DNA from: Monocercomonoides exilis PA203
Taxonomy: Eukaryota > Protista > Preaxostyla
Reading direction: 5' to 3'
Length of the DNA stretch: 64,000 bases
NCBI GenBank assembly: GCA_001643675.2
Contig: LSRY02000007.1
Span: 496,001-560,000, forward strand
The notes under the pieces were generated by a model. It made no database searches. It was not told the DNA's origin and worked only from the letters and a program-made list of their open reading frames with translations. The translations under genes were made by a program, and so were the position numbers. The first letter of the stretch is position 1. Every line of letters starts with the position of its first letter. This document shows, in pieces, positions 27,101 to 42,858 of this stretch.

Positions 27101-28216
27101 GTTGGCTCGAAGGAGGATAATGTGTTGGAAACAATGGAGCAGAAGCATTGCCAGGGAAGCCAGCAGCTTGAGAAGATAAAACAGAAGTTGAGGAGTACGA
27201 ACGAGGCACGAAAGTTGTGCTTGGAGCTGAATGTGGAATGAAATGACTTTGCTCCCGAGGCGTACCATCTGATCGATTTTGTCTTGTATCCATTGGATTA
27301 ACAGATGATGTGATAACTTTTGGCGATTCAAGCTGTTTCTGAAGTGAATTAGAATTAATAAACATAGGAGCAGAAAGAGGTGATGTATTAGGAGTGGAAT
27401 ATTGGGTCTGACGACGAGTCTGCGGAAGTGGTGTAATTGTCTGCTTTTCACTTTCGAACAAAGCTAATTGTTCGCTGAATGGTATCATTGCTCCAAGCCT
27501 ATTCATTTCTTGACTTTTGACAGTGTTTAGTTTGCTGCCATTTTGCATGGCATTTGCATCTTCTTTTAATTTGTTTTGATATTTGTCTTCATCTTTGATA
27601 TTTGCTGTTCTGATATTGGGATTGGACATTTGTCTTCTGTGTTGTGTAATTGAACTTATTTTTGAAGATTGTGGATGAACCACTGACTTCGAATTAGAAA
27701 ATGGCTGCTTTTGTGGTGTCACCAAACTTATATGATTGGATTGAGTTGCTCTTTCCCTTGGAGCTGAAACTGATCGAATAGGATATTTTCCCTGTGAAAG
27801 CTTCGTTTGCTTGTACTTCCTTTCCGTTCCTAATGAAGAGTTAGGCGAAGAACATTCAATGTTTTGGATTGTTTGTTGAGGTGCAGATGCATTCTCTTCG
27901 GAAATAAGAGATATAAATATGTGAGGAACGTTTAAAGAAGAAGAGTTTGAACTTTCTGAATTTCTTGAAGTTCTCAAAAATATTTCTCTATCTGGACGAG
28001 GAGCAAACTCATTAAAAGAATTTGAATTTTTTTCTATTTTCTCTTTCTGTTGCTGAATCTGCCCCCCAACAGGACTAAAAAAACAGATAAAAATAAAAAA
28101 ACAATCAAACAAACTTTTCAAATAAATCTTCGGGTTTTGGTTTCAAAATCCTTGATTTCAAGGGATGTGGCCTCGACTTCATAGGAATTTGCGAAGGAGG
28201 AGTGGGAGCAAACATT
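24141..28216 (-). CDS. Hypothetical low-complexity protein (Ser-, Glu- and His-rich; coiled coil)
   Basis: 1326-aa ORF at 24141-28121. An upstream exon MFAPTPPSQIPMKSRPHPLK.. starts at ATG ~28216 and ends at a GTTTGT donor near 28114. Confidence 0.7.
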
Positions 28217-28406
28217 GCATATGATGAAATTCTAAAAAAATGCTCTTTTCACTCAATTCGTGAAAACTTTTGAAAAAAATTTGAAAAGGAAATATGCTTT
28301 AATTAATATTAAATTTATTGAAAATTTTAATGTATACTTTTACTCACGCTATTTCAAAAATAAATTCGAAATTTAACTAGATCGAGCCCATAGCTATGTT
28401 GCGTAA

Positions 28407-31512
<3,106 letters not shown>

Positions 31513-32487
31513 GGCATTAGAATAGTCAGTGACATTTTTAAAAATCTTATTGTAATGTTTTTTTATAAAAAAAGAAATAAGTATTATTTGCGTTGTGACA
31601 ACTCACAACTGATTTTGATGACGATACTTTGAACTTATTATTTGTCATGAAAGATTTTTACATAGGCGTCGAAGCCACTTTGTCTATATTCTCTTTATTT
31701 TTTTGTCTAATTTTTGTTTAGTGAACTTACGAATATGTTCCGTCTGTTATTTTTTTGCATTTCTTGATAGTCTTCATTATTATAATGTTGTTAACAATTT
31801 TGTTATGATTTTAAGTTTTTGACTTTTCCAGCATCTTTTTGTTGATTACAATTGTTTGCGTTTGATATACATTTTGAATGATATTGTGACTTTTAAGCAG
31901 ATTTTTCAAGATATTCTTTATTTAGTTTCATATTCACTTCTAATTCTTTATTTCATCTTTTTGCAATGAAAATTTCACGAATTTACAAAAGTTGTGAACG
32001 CATTTCTTTCTTTTATATTTTTTGATTCTTAATTTACCGTTTTTCAAACGAACAATATCCGTTCAGAAAAGCAACAAAAACTAAATTCTCAGTATCATCA
32101 ACAGAATTGTGAATTGTAACAAAGTCAACCATCAGTTCCATTAGCAAAAAATTTATCGAACAATTATCTTTTATAACCATTCGCTGACAAAAACTTTATT
32201 TTTTAAATTTGATGATTGTTGCCGCAGCATCAAAAAAAATTGATTTAAGAGACCCTCATTTTCGATTTCAAATTTGTGGAATACATTCCTTTAATAAATC
32301 TGTTGGGATATTCTTTGTATGAAAATCATCTTTTGCTTTTTGGAAACAGGAAAGCTAATATGAACAAAAAATATGTGAAACTTTTGTTAAATGAAAATGT
32401 CTCCTTTGATAGCTTTTTGCTTTTTGGATCAGGAAAAAATGGTAAAGTTTTGAACAAAAAATAAACTTTTCTCCTTTGAAAATGCAA

Positions 32488-32529
<42 letters not shown>

Positions 32530-32945
32530 GATTATATTTCTAATGAAAAGAAATAATAAATAATAGCGCTTTCTCTTAAATAAAAATAAAAATAAATTAA
32601 TCTTTCAAAATAATTTTTTTGTCAAATATATTTGATTGAATATTTATAATTGTAAATGAAGAAATAAAGCTCCCAAATGAAGATGAGTAAATATCAAATT
32701 CTCTCTAACACATACAAAAATTGAATAGTTTGTCTAATAATGAACAGAATGGAAAAAGAAAAAAAGAAAATAATGAGTGAGCAAGTCTAAAGGTATTGCA
32801 AAGATAAATGATAAAATCTTTAAAAAAGAAATATAAAGAAAAAACGAAAAAAAAAATACTTCAAAAAAATAAAAAATGAACAAAAATTTAATGACAATTA
32901 AATTGTGCAAAAATTCAAATTAAGCTCGAGCAACAAAGAAACTAA

Positions 32946-33097
<152 letters not shown>

Positions 33098-33112
33098 CAG
33101 CTTTGAAAGATT

Positions 33113-35188
33113 TTAATTATCAACAACTTTTTTATAACAGCGAAGATTCAAAGCATCCAAAGCACTTTTGTTTCCTTTATCAATCCATTTCATCACCAAA
33201 ACCAAAAGGAAGCAAAGGGACGATGTGATTAATGTAGTCATAAGTGCAGAGCGATACCCCATTTCACGGATGATTGCACCAATTACAAGTGACAAAATCC
33301 CACTCACAAAAGACTAAAGAATACAAAATGAAAATAAAAGCAATTTTTCACTGTATGAAATAAAGACATATGCAAACAGAAGAGAACGAAAGCAGCGCGT
33401 TTCCAGTTGCAGCACAATGCGATGGAAGGATTATTGGAACAAACGACCAAATTAAGGATGCATAAATTGAATAAGATAATCCTCCAAATACAAGCGGGAT
33501 TACTGGCAACTATATTGAGCAAAAGAATTATTGAGTATCGAAAGAAGATAAATGGGATTCATCAATTGAATATGATTGGGAATTAAAAAATATTTGATTA
33601 AATAGTTTAAAAAACGAATTATTGAAAATTTCACTTTACTCTGTGAAAATTGAGCATGAAAAAAAAGACGTAAACTTATCAGCATACCACATTTGACAAT
33701 GCAAGAAACGAAATGAAAGCACAAAGAAAGATTGCAGAAAGCAAAAGGAGCGTCAATCTGCACCCGAAATAATCCGCTACTGCACCGGATATCGAGCAGC
33801 CAACAAGAGAGACTAAATAAATGATTGAAGAATATAGCCCCGCGGTGAATGAAGAGACGTCGAACTCTTGTTCAGCAGATGGATATTGAAGATTAAGAAA
33901 AGTTGCAATCATGTTTTTTATGCCGGAAAGTGAATATTAATGGCAAATATAATGAATGAAGAATAAAAGAAATTTTTCATTTATTTAAATGAAATTGAGC
34001 AATCAAACAAATTAGTCATTATTAACTATATTTTTCATACCAGTTTTCAAGAAGTCGACAATCACTGCAACGACACAATTAACAGTAGAGTAGCAAAATG
34101 GAGTAACAAAAACAAGCAACCAAAATTGGATCTACAGAAATGAAAATTTGGAATTGCACGTTTTGAATTTTTTATGTAAATCAAAATTTTTGATAAAACA
34201 AAAAATTTGGATTAATTCATACTGGAAATTGCAGCAAATCTTTAAGCCTCATCTTGTTTTCTGCAGATGCTCTGTTTGTCTTTCCAGAGGAATTCACTTT
34301 TATTCCCTCAGCTTTTTTTTCCACACAAAAATAGAATATTGAAGCAACAACGCTTACACCACATATAATAAAACCTCAAAAAAAAATTGGAAAATAAAAA
34401 CTAATATGTAATCATACATCTGCATAAATAAAACAAACTAATCATTAGCATCATCTTATAACCCAATAAGCTTGCTAAAAACGGAGAGAAAAAAAGGTTT
34501 AAAACGCTTCCAACCCGAGAAAAGCTCATTCCAAATCCAAATGCAAGAGACATTTCTTTTGTGCCTTCAAAGAAAAATTGGGTCGCGCAATTGCGTGCAG
34601 TTATGCAATTGCAAAGGCCTGAACCAGAAAAAATTCGTCCCTTTTTGAATTTTATAACATTTCTTTATTAAATAAAGACAAACAATTATTATTAACCAAT
34701 AATTTCTTATCATGCTTCCCATCCATACCAACCCGGCTCCAAAAAAAGATGTCAAAGAAAAAAGAATCCCACCAGTTCGAGTTGTTATTCTACTCAAAAG
34801 TGGACCACCTAAAAGTGACTTTAAAAACAAACAAATATCAATTCGCTCCATATATGCTAGAAAAAGCACACAAATATACAGTATGACCAATTGTAAGCAG
34901 TATGTAGTCCCAAAAAATACACTTCTAAAAAGAAATACATTGAAAAGCTTCAACCAATACTTCTGAAGAAAATACCGTCAATTCCAACATCAACCATCAG
35001 TTGAGACTGTAACGGTGAAAGAATATCCATAGAAAAATATCTGGCCAATTTATACAGTGGTAATATTTGTGAATAAATAAAAATCATAACGATATAGCTA
35101 AATTAATTAATTGTCAGAAATACCCTCCAAAGCTAGTGATGCAAAACAAAATTACAGCGACCCATCTATGCAAGCAAGATATGCTCAT
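33113..35188 (-). CDS. Major facilitator superfamily transporter, MFSD1-like, multi-exon
   Basis: MSISCLHRWVAVILFCITSFG; GRIFSG..FFEGTKEMSLAFGFGMSFSRVGSVLN (like MFSD1 WFKGKELNLVFGLQLSMARIGS); GAVADYFGCR (MFS motif A); C-terminus ..WIDKGNKSALDALN..*. Confidence 0.75.
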
Positions 35189-35351
35189 ATTACAAACTGT
35201 TAGCCTCAAATTGGACTTGAAAATAACATTTCATTAATCTCCCTTTATTTATTCCTTAATGAACTGATCGAAAATATCTTTGTTTTCAAATAAATAGATA
35301 TTAATTAAAAAGAGAAGGTTTTATTGAAGGTTTATCGAACATTTTAGTAGG

Positions 35352-38012
35352 CCTCTGCGACAGAAAAAGATTTGGATGTTTATGTCGGTCGAAATTGTTC
35401 ACATGTGTCGAGGTCTTTTATTTTTTATTTATTTATTTATTTATTATTTATTTATTTTTTTAAATTAAGTTTCGGGTTAATTTCATTTTTTATTCTTTAT
35501 TTTTAAAAATTGTTGTTGATTTTTTATTAAAAATTATATATAAAGTTTTTTTTCTTGCTAAATTTAAATAATATCAACTCAAAATATTGATGTGGGAGAG
35601 ATCAAAATAGAAAATAATTTAATGACTTGCTAATCCGTACATAAATGTTGCTTCCTGTCCATTTTCAGATTAATTATCATGTATCTTTTTCAGATCTTAT
35701 TTATTTTTTTAAATTATCGTTTGAATCTATTTGTTATCAAAATATTAACAAACTGTTTTTTTGTAATTCAAAGCATTCATTCAAAAGCAAAAACAGCTGT
35801 TTCAATAGATTGTAACAAAATTTGATGTGCATTTTACAGAAAAAACAAGCCCGCGCTACAAAATTCACGAGATTGATGGTTTTAAATTTGAAGAACGAAC
35901 ATTCAGACTGCTTTTATTTCGTTTTTACAGAAACACGCAGAGAAAATGAATCATATTATTCCGAAAAACAATAATGATAGGCAAACAAGTTAATAACAGG
36001 ATAAAAAAAGAAATTTTGTTGAATTCTTGTATTTTCAAATGGAACTTTTCTTTTGAAATATTTGACGCTTGTCGTTCAACTTTGTAAATGCGACAATGTG
36101 ATTTCAGAACAGAAAACAAAGAACTGACAAAGGCCAAATGCAGACAGAGTTTGCAATTCATCTCTTTCCAATGAAGTTAATGAATATTGGTCGTATGCAC
36201 CTGGAAACTGACGGTCGATCCAAAGCCTCAAGAGGATCCTCATCCAGCGTTTAACCCCAAGTGACATCGTGTTCACAATTTCCGATGCTTTCGACTTTGA
36301 GGCCGACACCGATTATGGATACCGTAGCTGCTTCAAACGCAAATTTATCACTGCTTCATCAAATGCAACAGCAACACACACACAAACACAACAATAGTTG
36401 AGCAAGCAAATATTAAATTGTTCCTGTATTCAGAACTGCATTTTAATTTCTTCTAAAAGAAAAATGATAATTTTCTGTCTTTGGTTCAGGGAACTTAAAA
36501 TGATCCAATTTCGCATTTTATGTTTGTTAAAATAGTAAATAATCATACAAAGCATTATTTCGCTTTAATTTATCTACACTTCAATTTCCTCTTTGATTTT
36601 TGTTTAATGATTATTTTGTATTTATTTCTTATCCTTAAAGCTTATGCAATTTTCTTCACTTCTCAATTTCATTCGCATAATCACATTTTCAAAAGGTTGC
36701 TGAAATGAAAGCTGAAACAAATAAAGCTCTAAATTCTCCCCGATTCAACGAATTTTTTGGAAATATTGAACAATTTATTTTTTTTGAAAAAAGGAATGAC
36801 TCGATATAATTGAGTGATTAAAAAGTTATTTCTGAACTTGGAAAAACGATTTCACGATGCTTCCTGAGAAATTCTTTTTGCTAAAGTTCCATCTCAAGCA
36901 AGAAGATGCGCTTTCAAACTCTATCCAATTTCTTGAAACAAAATTTAGATTATTCGTTAAAGAATAGATCCATAGATGAAAAAAAATTCTTCTTTGCAAA
37001 TTGCAAAAAAGAGAATTGTTGAATTTGCAGTCATTGAGTTCTTTTAAATTTCGAAATAATTGTTCAACAAAAAATCACAAAATCAATACAAACATAACAA
37101 AATGACATAATAACCTAAAAGGATTTTCAAAAACACAGCAGTTCGATGAAGCAATTGACAATATTGTTCATTTAACATATATTTTCCTTTCAAATTGGTT
37201 TTTCGTAGATGGAGAACTATCTTCAAAAAATCAAGCACATTCAAAAAACTTTCCGTTCTTTTGTTTTCATCACTCTTGCACTTTGGTTATCCAATCAATG
37301 CAGTCACTTCCTTCAATTAATAGCATTTCTCTTCAGCAAGTATTGAAACGCTGTGGATCAAGAAATAAGGTCATCTCTCAAACATCCTCTTCAAACTTGT
37401 ATCGCTTGAAATAAACATTTAACTTATAAAACTATTCATATTTTTAGATTCATTTCTTGTTGCATACGTCAAGATCGTTCAAGCACTCATAATGTGGCTG
37501 TGTCGATTTGTTTTGAGTAATTTTTAACAAATAACGTTTTTTATCATAGAGTTTTAATAAACCTATGAAAATATAATGAAACAAACAACTTCTTTTTCAT
37601 TTTTCATATTTTTCAGATTTTATTTATTCCTTATTAAATCGTGAGATAAAAGATACTGTTTCTCAGAAAAAAATGATTTAAAAATATTGATCAGTTCAAC
37701 AGGTTGATCTTTTGAACGACTGATCTTTGTCAATCGACCGATCTTTGTCTTCGACTGATCTCGACAAAGATCTGTCGATGAGCCATAATAAAAATAACTG
37801 TTTAAGAAAAAATGGAAAAATTGTGAGAATTCATTTCAATTTTATATTATAAATATTCTATGATATTTGAAAAAATAAAAAAAAAATTTGTGTTTTTAAA
37901 AAATAAAAAGTCAAAATAATTAATATTTGAAAAAATTAATAAAAAATTTAACTCGATTGAATTGTCGGTCGACTTGTCGAGTCATATGAAAAATGTCGGT
38001 CTGTCGCAGAGG
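35352..38012. mobile_element. Possible decayed DNA transposon (short inverted ends, TCGACC/TGA subterminal motifs)
   Basis: CCTCTGCGACAGA at 35352 is inverted as TCTGTCGCAGAGG ending 38012. TGTCGGTCGA/TCGAC(C/T)GATC motifs cluster near both ends. Only fragmentary ORFs inside and no clear TSD. Confidence 0.3.
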
Positions 38013-39053
38013 TATACATTTTAGAAATAATTACCATTTCATTTTGCCCATTGAAGTTAATCTTGATTGTTCTTTGAAAATTGTCAAAAACAATAATCTT
38101 TAAAAATTTTTCAAATAAACATATTGATAGACAAACAACCTGTTGAATCAACTTTTAAAAATTAGAAATATTCTTTTTTGATATGAATAAATTCTTTCAC
38201 CAGAAAAATTAAATCAATGAACAAAAATAAAAATTAGTTTACGTGTCAAACATTTGATTCTCCAATCTTTTTTTTTCACGTTCGTTGAAGAAAACATTAT
38301 CAATACAATTTTTTACCATCAAAAAAAATAATTTGAAGGAAAAGTGAAATTATTTGTGCAATATCTTTTTCTTTAATATTACCAACTGCAAAAGTTTTGA
38401 TAGAGTTCAGTGAAACAGGTTTGCTCCGAGAAAATGAGTATTGTTCACGATTTATGGGCGGTTTAAGTGAGAACTTCGCCCTCCCAAATATGACGTGGAA
38501 AAAAGGGCGAGATGAAAATATAGACAATAACATGTTAAATAATAAAAAGTGTACTATGAATTGTCCGCTTCACTTCACCGCCGACTTCGCCTTTTTGCCT
38601 TGGTCACGAAGACCAGAGGGCAGGGGACACCGCCCCTCGGAGCTCTCTCCTGCAGACCGTGCAGGGATCCGGTGAGGCGAGTGTTCTGTTCGGAGCAGAA
38701 AGAAAAACCACATTCGCTTTCGCGAGGCGTGGAAAAGAAAACTGCATGTGATGCGCTCTGCCTCCCGCTCTTCTGCTGCATCAGCAGAGCAACCCCAATC
38801 ATCACACACTGTGTGGGCTAGTCTGACTCTTCTCTTCGCAACTTGTTCGGTAACAATTAAAGGAATAGGATTATTCTTAAAACTTTTTATTCATTCCATG
38901 TTTCTCAATACAGGTTATAGGAGCGCTAAATCTTTCTGGGCTGTTACTCTTTTCGTCTCTCCTCTGATATCTCGCCCTTTTTCTCGTCATCTTCCTTCCA
39001 ATATGTTTCTCATTTTCGCACCCAGCCGCCTATCGTCTCTCCATCCGCATTCG

Positions 39054-39149
39054 TATTATCTCGGAGCAAACCTGTCTCACTGCGTTCTATCAATTCGCAA
39101 TAGAGCGAATCTACGAACGCAATGTGCAGGTTTGCTCCTTAATAATGAG
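39054..39149. repeat. DIRS internal complementary region (ICR)
   Basis: TCTCGGAGCAAACCTGTCTCACTGCGTTCTATCAA matches the revcomp of 38397-38431 with a few mismatches. It is directly followed by TTCGCAATAGAGCGAATCTACGAACGCAA..GCAGGTTTGCTCC, the revcomp of the 42737 end. Confidence 0.9.
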
Positions 39150-39739
39150 TCTTGAAAACCCTCTCTATTTCTGCCATAGTGATCTTAAACCTTCTTGGCT
39201 ATCACGATATTGTGCGGCAGATGTTCAGAGAGCCTGCGGATGAAGGTGCGGGCACAGTCTCTACTCCATCTTTTTTTTGGGTGCTTTCTGAAACATTCTC
39301 GACCGGGAATTCGATTCTTTTGAGTTCTTTATCATCCGTCCTTTTCTTCTCATACCACGCTTCCTCCGGTCTGTGCCCTTCTTTCTCTGTGAGGCAGTGT
39401 GTTTGCTTCCAGTCAGCTCGCTAACGCTGCTGGGAATTATGAGGGGTGTTCTCCGACACTAGGGTGGTCGGGATAAGTTGTGTTGTGATTGAGTTCTTTC
39501 TCTTAACTTTCTCTCTTCTCAACTCGGTAAGTCGAGTCTCTTTTACTTCTTTCCTTTACTCAAATCTTCATCTCCTCCAACTTCCGAAGTATTTTTGGTG
39601 AAATCTTTCATCTCTAATTTTACTTTCTCGGTTTTCATTACCTTCCTTTCTCTGTCCTTCTCCGACTTTTCCACTTCTCCGCAAAGGGGTCCTGGGCTGC
39701 CGGTTGCCTCCAGGATTTATTTTGTATTTTAAACCGGAA

Positions 39740-40860
39740 AACTGAAAAGCATTCCTGGGCAAATCTTGAACCTGGAGCACATCTCGCGCACGCATTGATT
39801 GCTTTCTTATATACTCTCTCTCGTTTTGCTAAGTGCGATATCACTGCATATCTGATCGAGAACGCAGAAGATATGTCTGGTATTCGTTCTCTCTCATCAT
39901 AGCCACAAACTCTTCTTCCATTCTTTGCAAAATTGTAGATTGCTTCTCTCTTACATCATCTAACGCGAGTTCATCTCTAAAATTCGTTTTTGACTAATTA
40001 ATACATCGTTGGAGTGCTCAAACAACATTGATACGTGGGCAAAAATAGTTATTAATAACGAATTTTATAGTCTCCCCTCCTGACGACTTGGTTTGAACCT
40101 GTGTCAGTTCTGTATTATTTCAAAGTGTAGAACATTCCATCCACATTCTCTCCAGCTCCGCTGGTCTAAATGCTCCAAAAATCATTAAAAGGATGAGGGC
40201 TCTCCTCTGGAGTATTTGTGGGTCTATATAATTCTTTGTGGCTTCTTCCCATTTTGTTATAATTGCAAAATCCCACATTGGTTTTCATCATTTGCCCTAA
40301 CTCGGCTTCTCTCTCACATAAGTTTTTAAAAATATATCTGTATCTTTCACATCAATCGTCAGACGAATCGCTCCACTTGAAAGATTAGCATTCGATAGGT
40401 TCTCAATAAATCTTGCTATAATTCACTTGGCATCTTTCTCTATGAGGGGTCTGTTTCATCTATTCTTTTTCTATCCAAAAATTGTTTAAATTTTCTCAGC
40501 GATCTCCACGTATCCGTTTCGTTCTTTTGATTAGTCAATATTGCTGCTGATATATCCTTCACTCCAACGTCTTCTCCCCATGTTTGAAAAAGGTCCCTTC
40601 TTCGACATTCTCCTCTCCAGTCTAACACTAATGACATCTCATGGGGGTAACTTCAAGTCATCATTTCTCACCTCTTTAGAGATCAATCCGATGTTTCTCA
40701 ATAACGGACCAGCACAATCTCGTTTTTAAACAATTCTTTCTTTTCTCTTCCTTTTCAGAGAGGATAGTCTCCAAGTACATCCGCAGTGCACCGGAGCAAT
40801 CGGTTCTGAAATTGTATCAAGTCTTCTCGGTGCGATTGTTTGAAATATCTCTGCGACTTT
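39740..40860 (-). pseudogene. Degenerate tyrosine recombinase, plus an upstream remnant of a DIRS adenine-methyltransferase-like domain
   Basis: QRRALILLMIFGAFRPAELERM (catalytic Arg box, ~40210-40146). SAFSIRYAVISHLAK..INACARCAPGSRFAQECF (decayed second box and Tyr region, ~39875-39745). IAPVHCGCTW and DLKLPP* (~40800-40640) resemble DIRS MT motifs. Stops and frameshifts are present. Confidence 0.75.
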
Positions 40861-41241
40861 TTACACTCTCAGTGCATAGTCCCGCTTCTTCTAAGTCCGG
40901 CTGAGTGCGTCTATCAGCATTTAAGCTGAGATATGCGGAGTCTTCTTTGATAGATTTCCGCCGCACTATGCGGCTTCTTTCTGTATCCGCCTCTCGCGGT
41001 CTTCCGCGGTCTCATGCTCTATATTCTCCTCGCGATTCTTCGCGGATTACACCTCTTCAATTTTTCGAAAAGTTTCGCGGGTACTGTATCTGCACCTATC
41101 TTTCGAAACTGCACTGTTTCTTATCCTATTATCGATTCGTAATTTCTCTCAATTTCTTTCTCTAACCTTTTTTCACAGCAAACTCAGCTTTCTCTTCCCT
41201 CAAACCCTTTCGATCAAAAAGCAATTTGTCACTCAATAATA

Positions 41242-42430
41242 ATCTCGCGACAATACACGGCTCTCTTATATCTCTCAGTCCCGTTATATTTCGCGGTTTC
41301 ACTTATGTGAAAATTTCTTTAATAATGAATCGTTTCATTTCTTATTATAAATTAATGATATTTCACTTCTTTTGTTTTGATATTGTTTCGTAATACAGCT
41401 TGTCAATATCTCCTTTGCAAAGCCTATCGATTTACTGCGCTTTCTATCTCTATTATCATCTCGCTGCGAAGCGCGGTTCTCTGCTCTATCTCCTCACATG
41501 ATCTCGCGATAAAACGCGGTTTCTCTCTTTCATCTCTTGGTCTGGTGGCAGAGCGCGGCTCTATTTTCTATCTCCATTCTCATGATCACAAAACTTAACG
41601 TTGCTTTGTTCTTTGTTACAATCTCTTGAATATGCGCAGCTTCATTTCAATTATATATATATTTTTTGTAATAAAATTATCCCTCTATTAATATCTCGCT
41701 GCAACGTGTGTATCGATTTTCGCATAAATAATTGTTATATATATATGTAAATGTATATCTTGTTACTGTATTAATCTATTTCTCGCAGTACTGCGCATCT
41801 CTTTTCCCTAATCTTCATTCAGTTTTTCGTTGATACTCTTCTTATCCCTATCTCGCTTCAATACGCGGGTCTTCATTCTTCTAATCAAATCATGATCTCG
41901 CGGCAAAGCGCGGCTCTTTTTCCCTCATAAATTTCTTCGATATTTTGTAGATTCTCCATTTATCTATATCTCGCGGCAAAGCGCGGCTCTTTTTCCCATT
42001 TTGTCTTCATTAATATTTTCTCTATTTTGTATTTTTATTCTTTGGAATAATCTTCTGAGAATGCACAGCTTCACTTCAATAAATTATCTTTCAATTGAAA
42101 ACTAGTTCTTTCTTAAAAATAATCTCTTTGCAATTAATGGATCTATCTTTTTTGATTCTTGATGTTTCAAGTGATTCCTTAATTTAACTATATCTCGCTT
42201 CAATATGCTGTTCTTATTCCTTTCAAATAAACAAAATATTATGTAGTTTTTTTCTTTTTTAAAGTCTATAAAATATCATATCTTCATTTTGTTTAAATAT
42301 CTCACGATTTCTCGTGATTTCAGTTTCTGAAATTGTCATGTGGCACAACGCTTTACTAATTTAAATAATTATCTCACTATGTTTTGCAGCTTCTGTTATT
42401 GATATTATCTCTTCAAAATGCGCGGCTCTC
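41242..42430. repeat. Degenerate array of ~22-bp CpG-rich motifs (ATCTCGC-N6-GCGCGGCTCT) separated by AT-rich spacers, inside the DIRS element
   Basis: Units at ~41242, 41458, 41501, 41540, 41621, 41693, 41780, 41850, 41895, 41968, 42050, 42192, 42371 and 42407. The units at 41895 and 41968 are identical over 30 bp. Confidence 0.8.
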
Positions 42431-42858
42431 TGTTCAATTCTTTCGGCTGTGCACTATCTTCTATTCCGAATGATGTCTAACATGTTCAGATCCTGGAAAT
42501 TCTTCGATAATAATTTTCACTCTTTTCAGTTTCAAAAATAGATCTAATTCTTTTCCATCTCCGTCTCTGTGTTTTATAATAACAGTATCTTGTGTCATCT
42601 ACACAGCGGACAATGGTATGTAATAGAAATAAAATTGTTGGCGAAGTTTGATCTGAAACCGCCCATAAATCGTGATCAATGCTCATTATTGAGGAGCAAA
42701 CCTGCTCCTTGCGTTCGTAGATTCGCTCTATTGCGAATATATGACTGAACAATGTTTGGGTGATGAACCAAAAGCAGTTATTAGCAAGTTTAAGGAAATT
42801 TGGACAAAGGAAACTAAGAAAAGCATCATGTCATTGAAGATTTTGCGTTAGTGGCGAA

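Larger units (their letters stand above)
38397..42737 (-). mobile_element. Non-autonomous DIRS-like tyrosine-recombinase retroelement (copy 1, both ends present)
   Basis: Imperfect ~65-bp inverted terminal repeats (38416-38480 vs 42640-42704). An internal complementary region (39054-39149) equals the reverse complement of both termini joined. Degenerate recombinase and methyltransferase remnants. No TSD. Confidence 0.88.

Noticed and set aside
32489-32528. 40-nt poly(A) run as a retrocopy tail
   Set aside because: No TSD or recognisable upstream element. Homopolymers are common in this sequence.
38740-38800. Canonical hammerhead ribozyme
   Set aside because: The minus strand has CTGATGC rather than CTGANGA, and no correctly placed GAAA core.
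41242-42430. True CRISPR array
   Set aside because: Eukaryotic context with no cas genes. The repeats are degenerate, spacing is irregular and some spacers are related by duplication.
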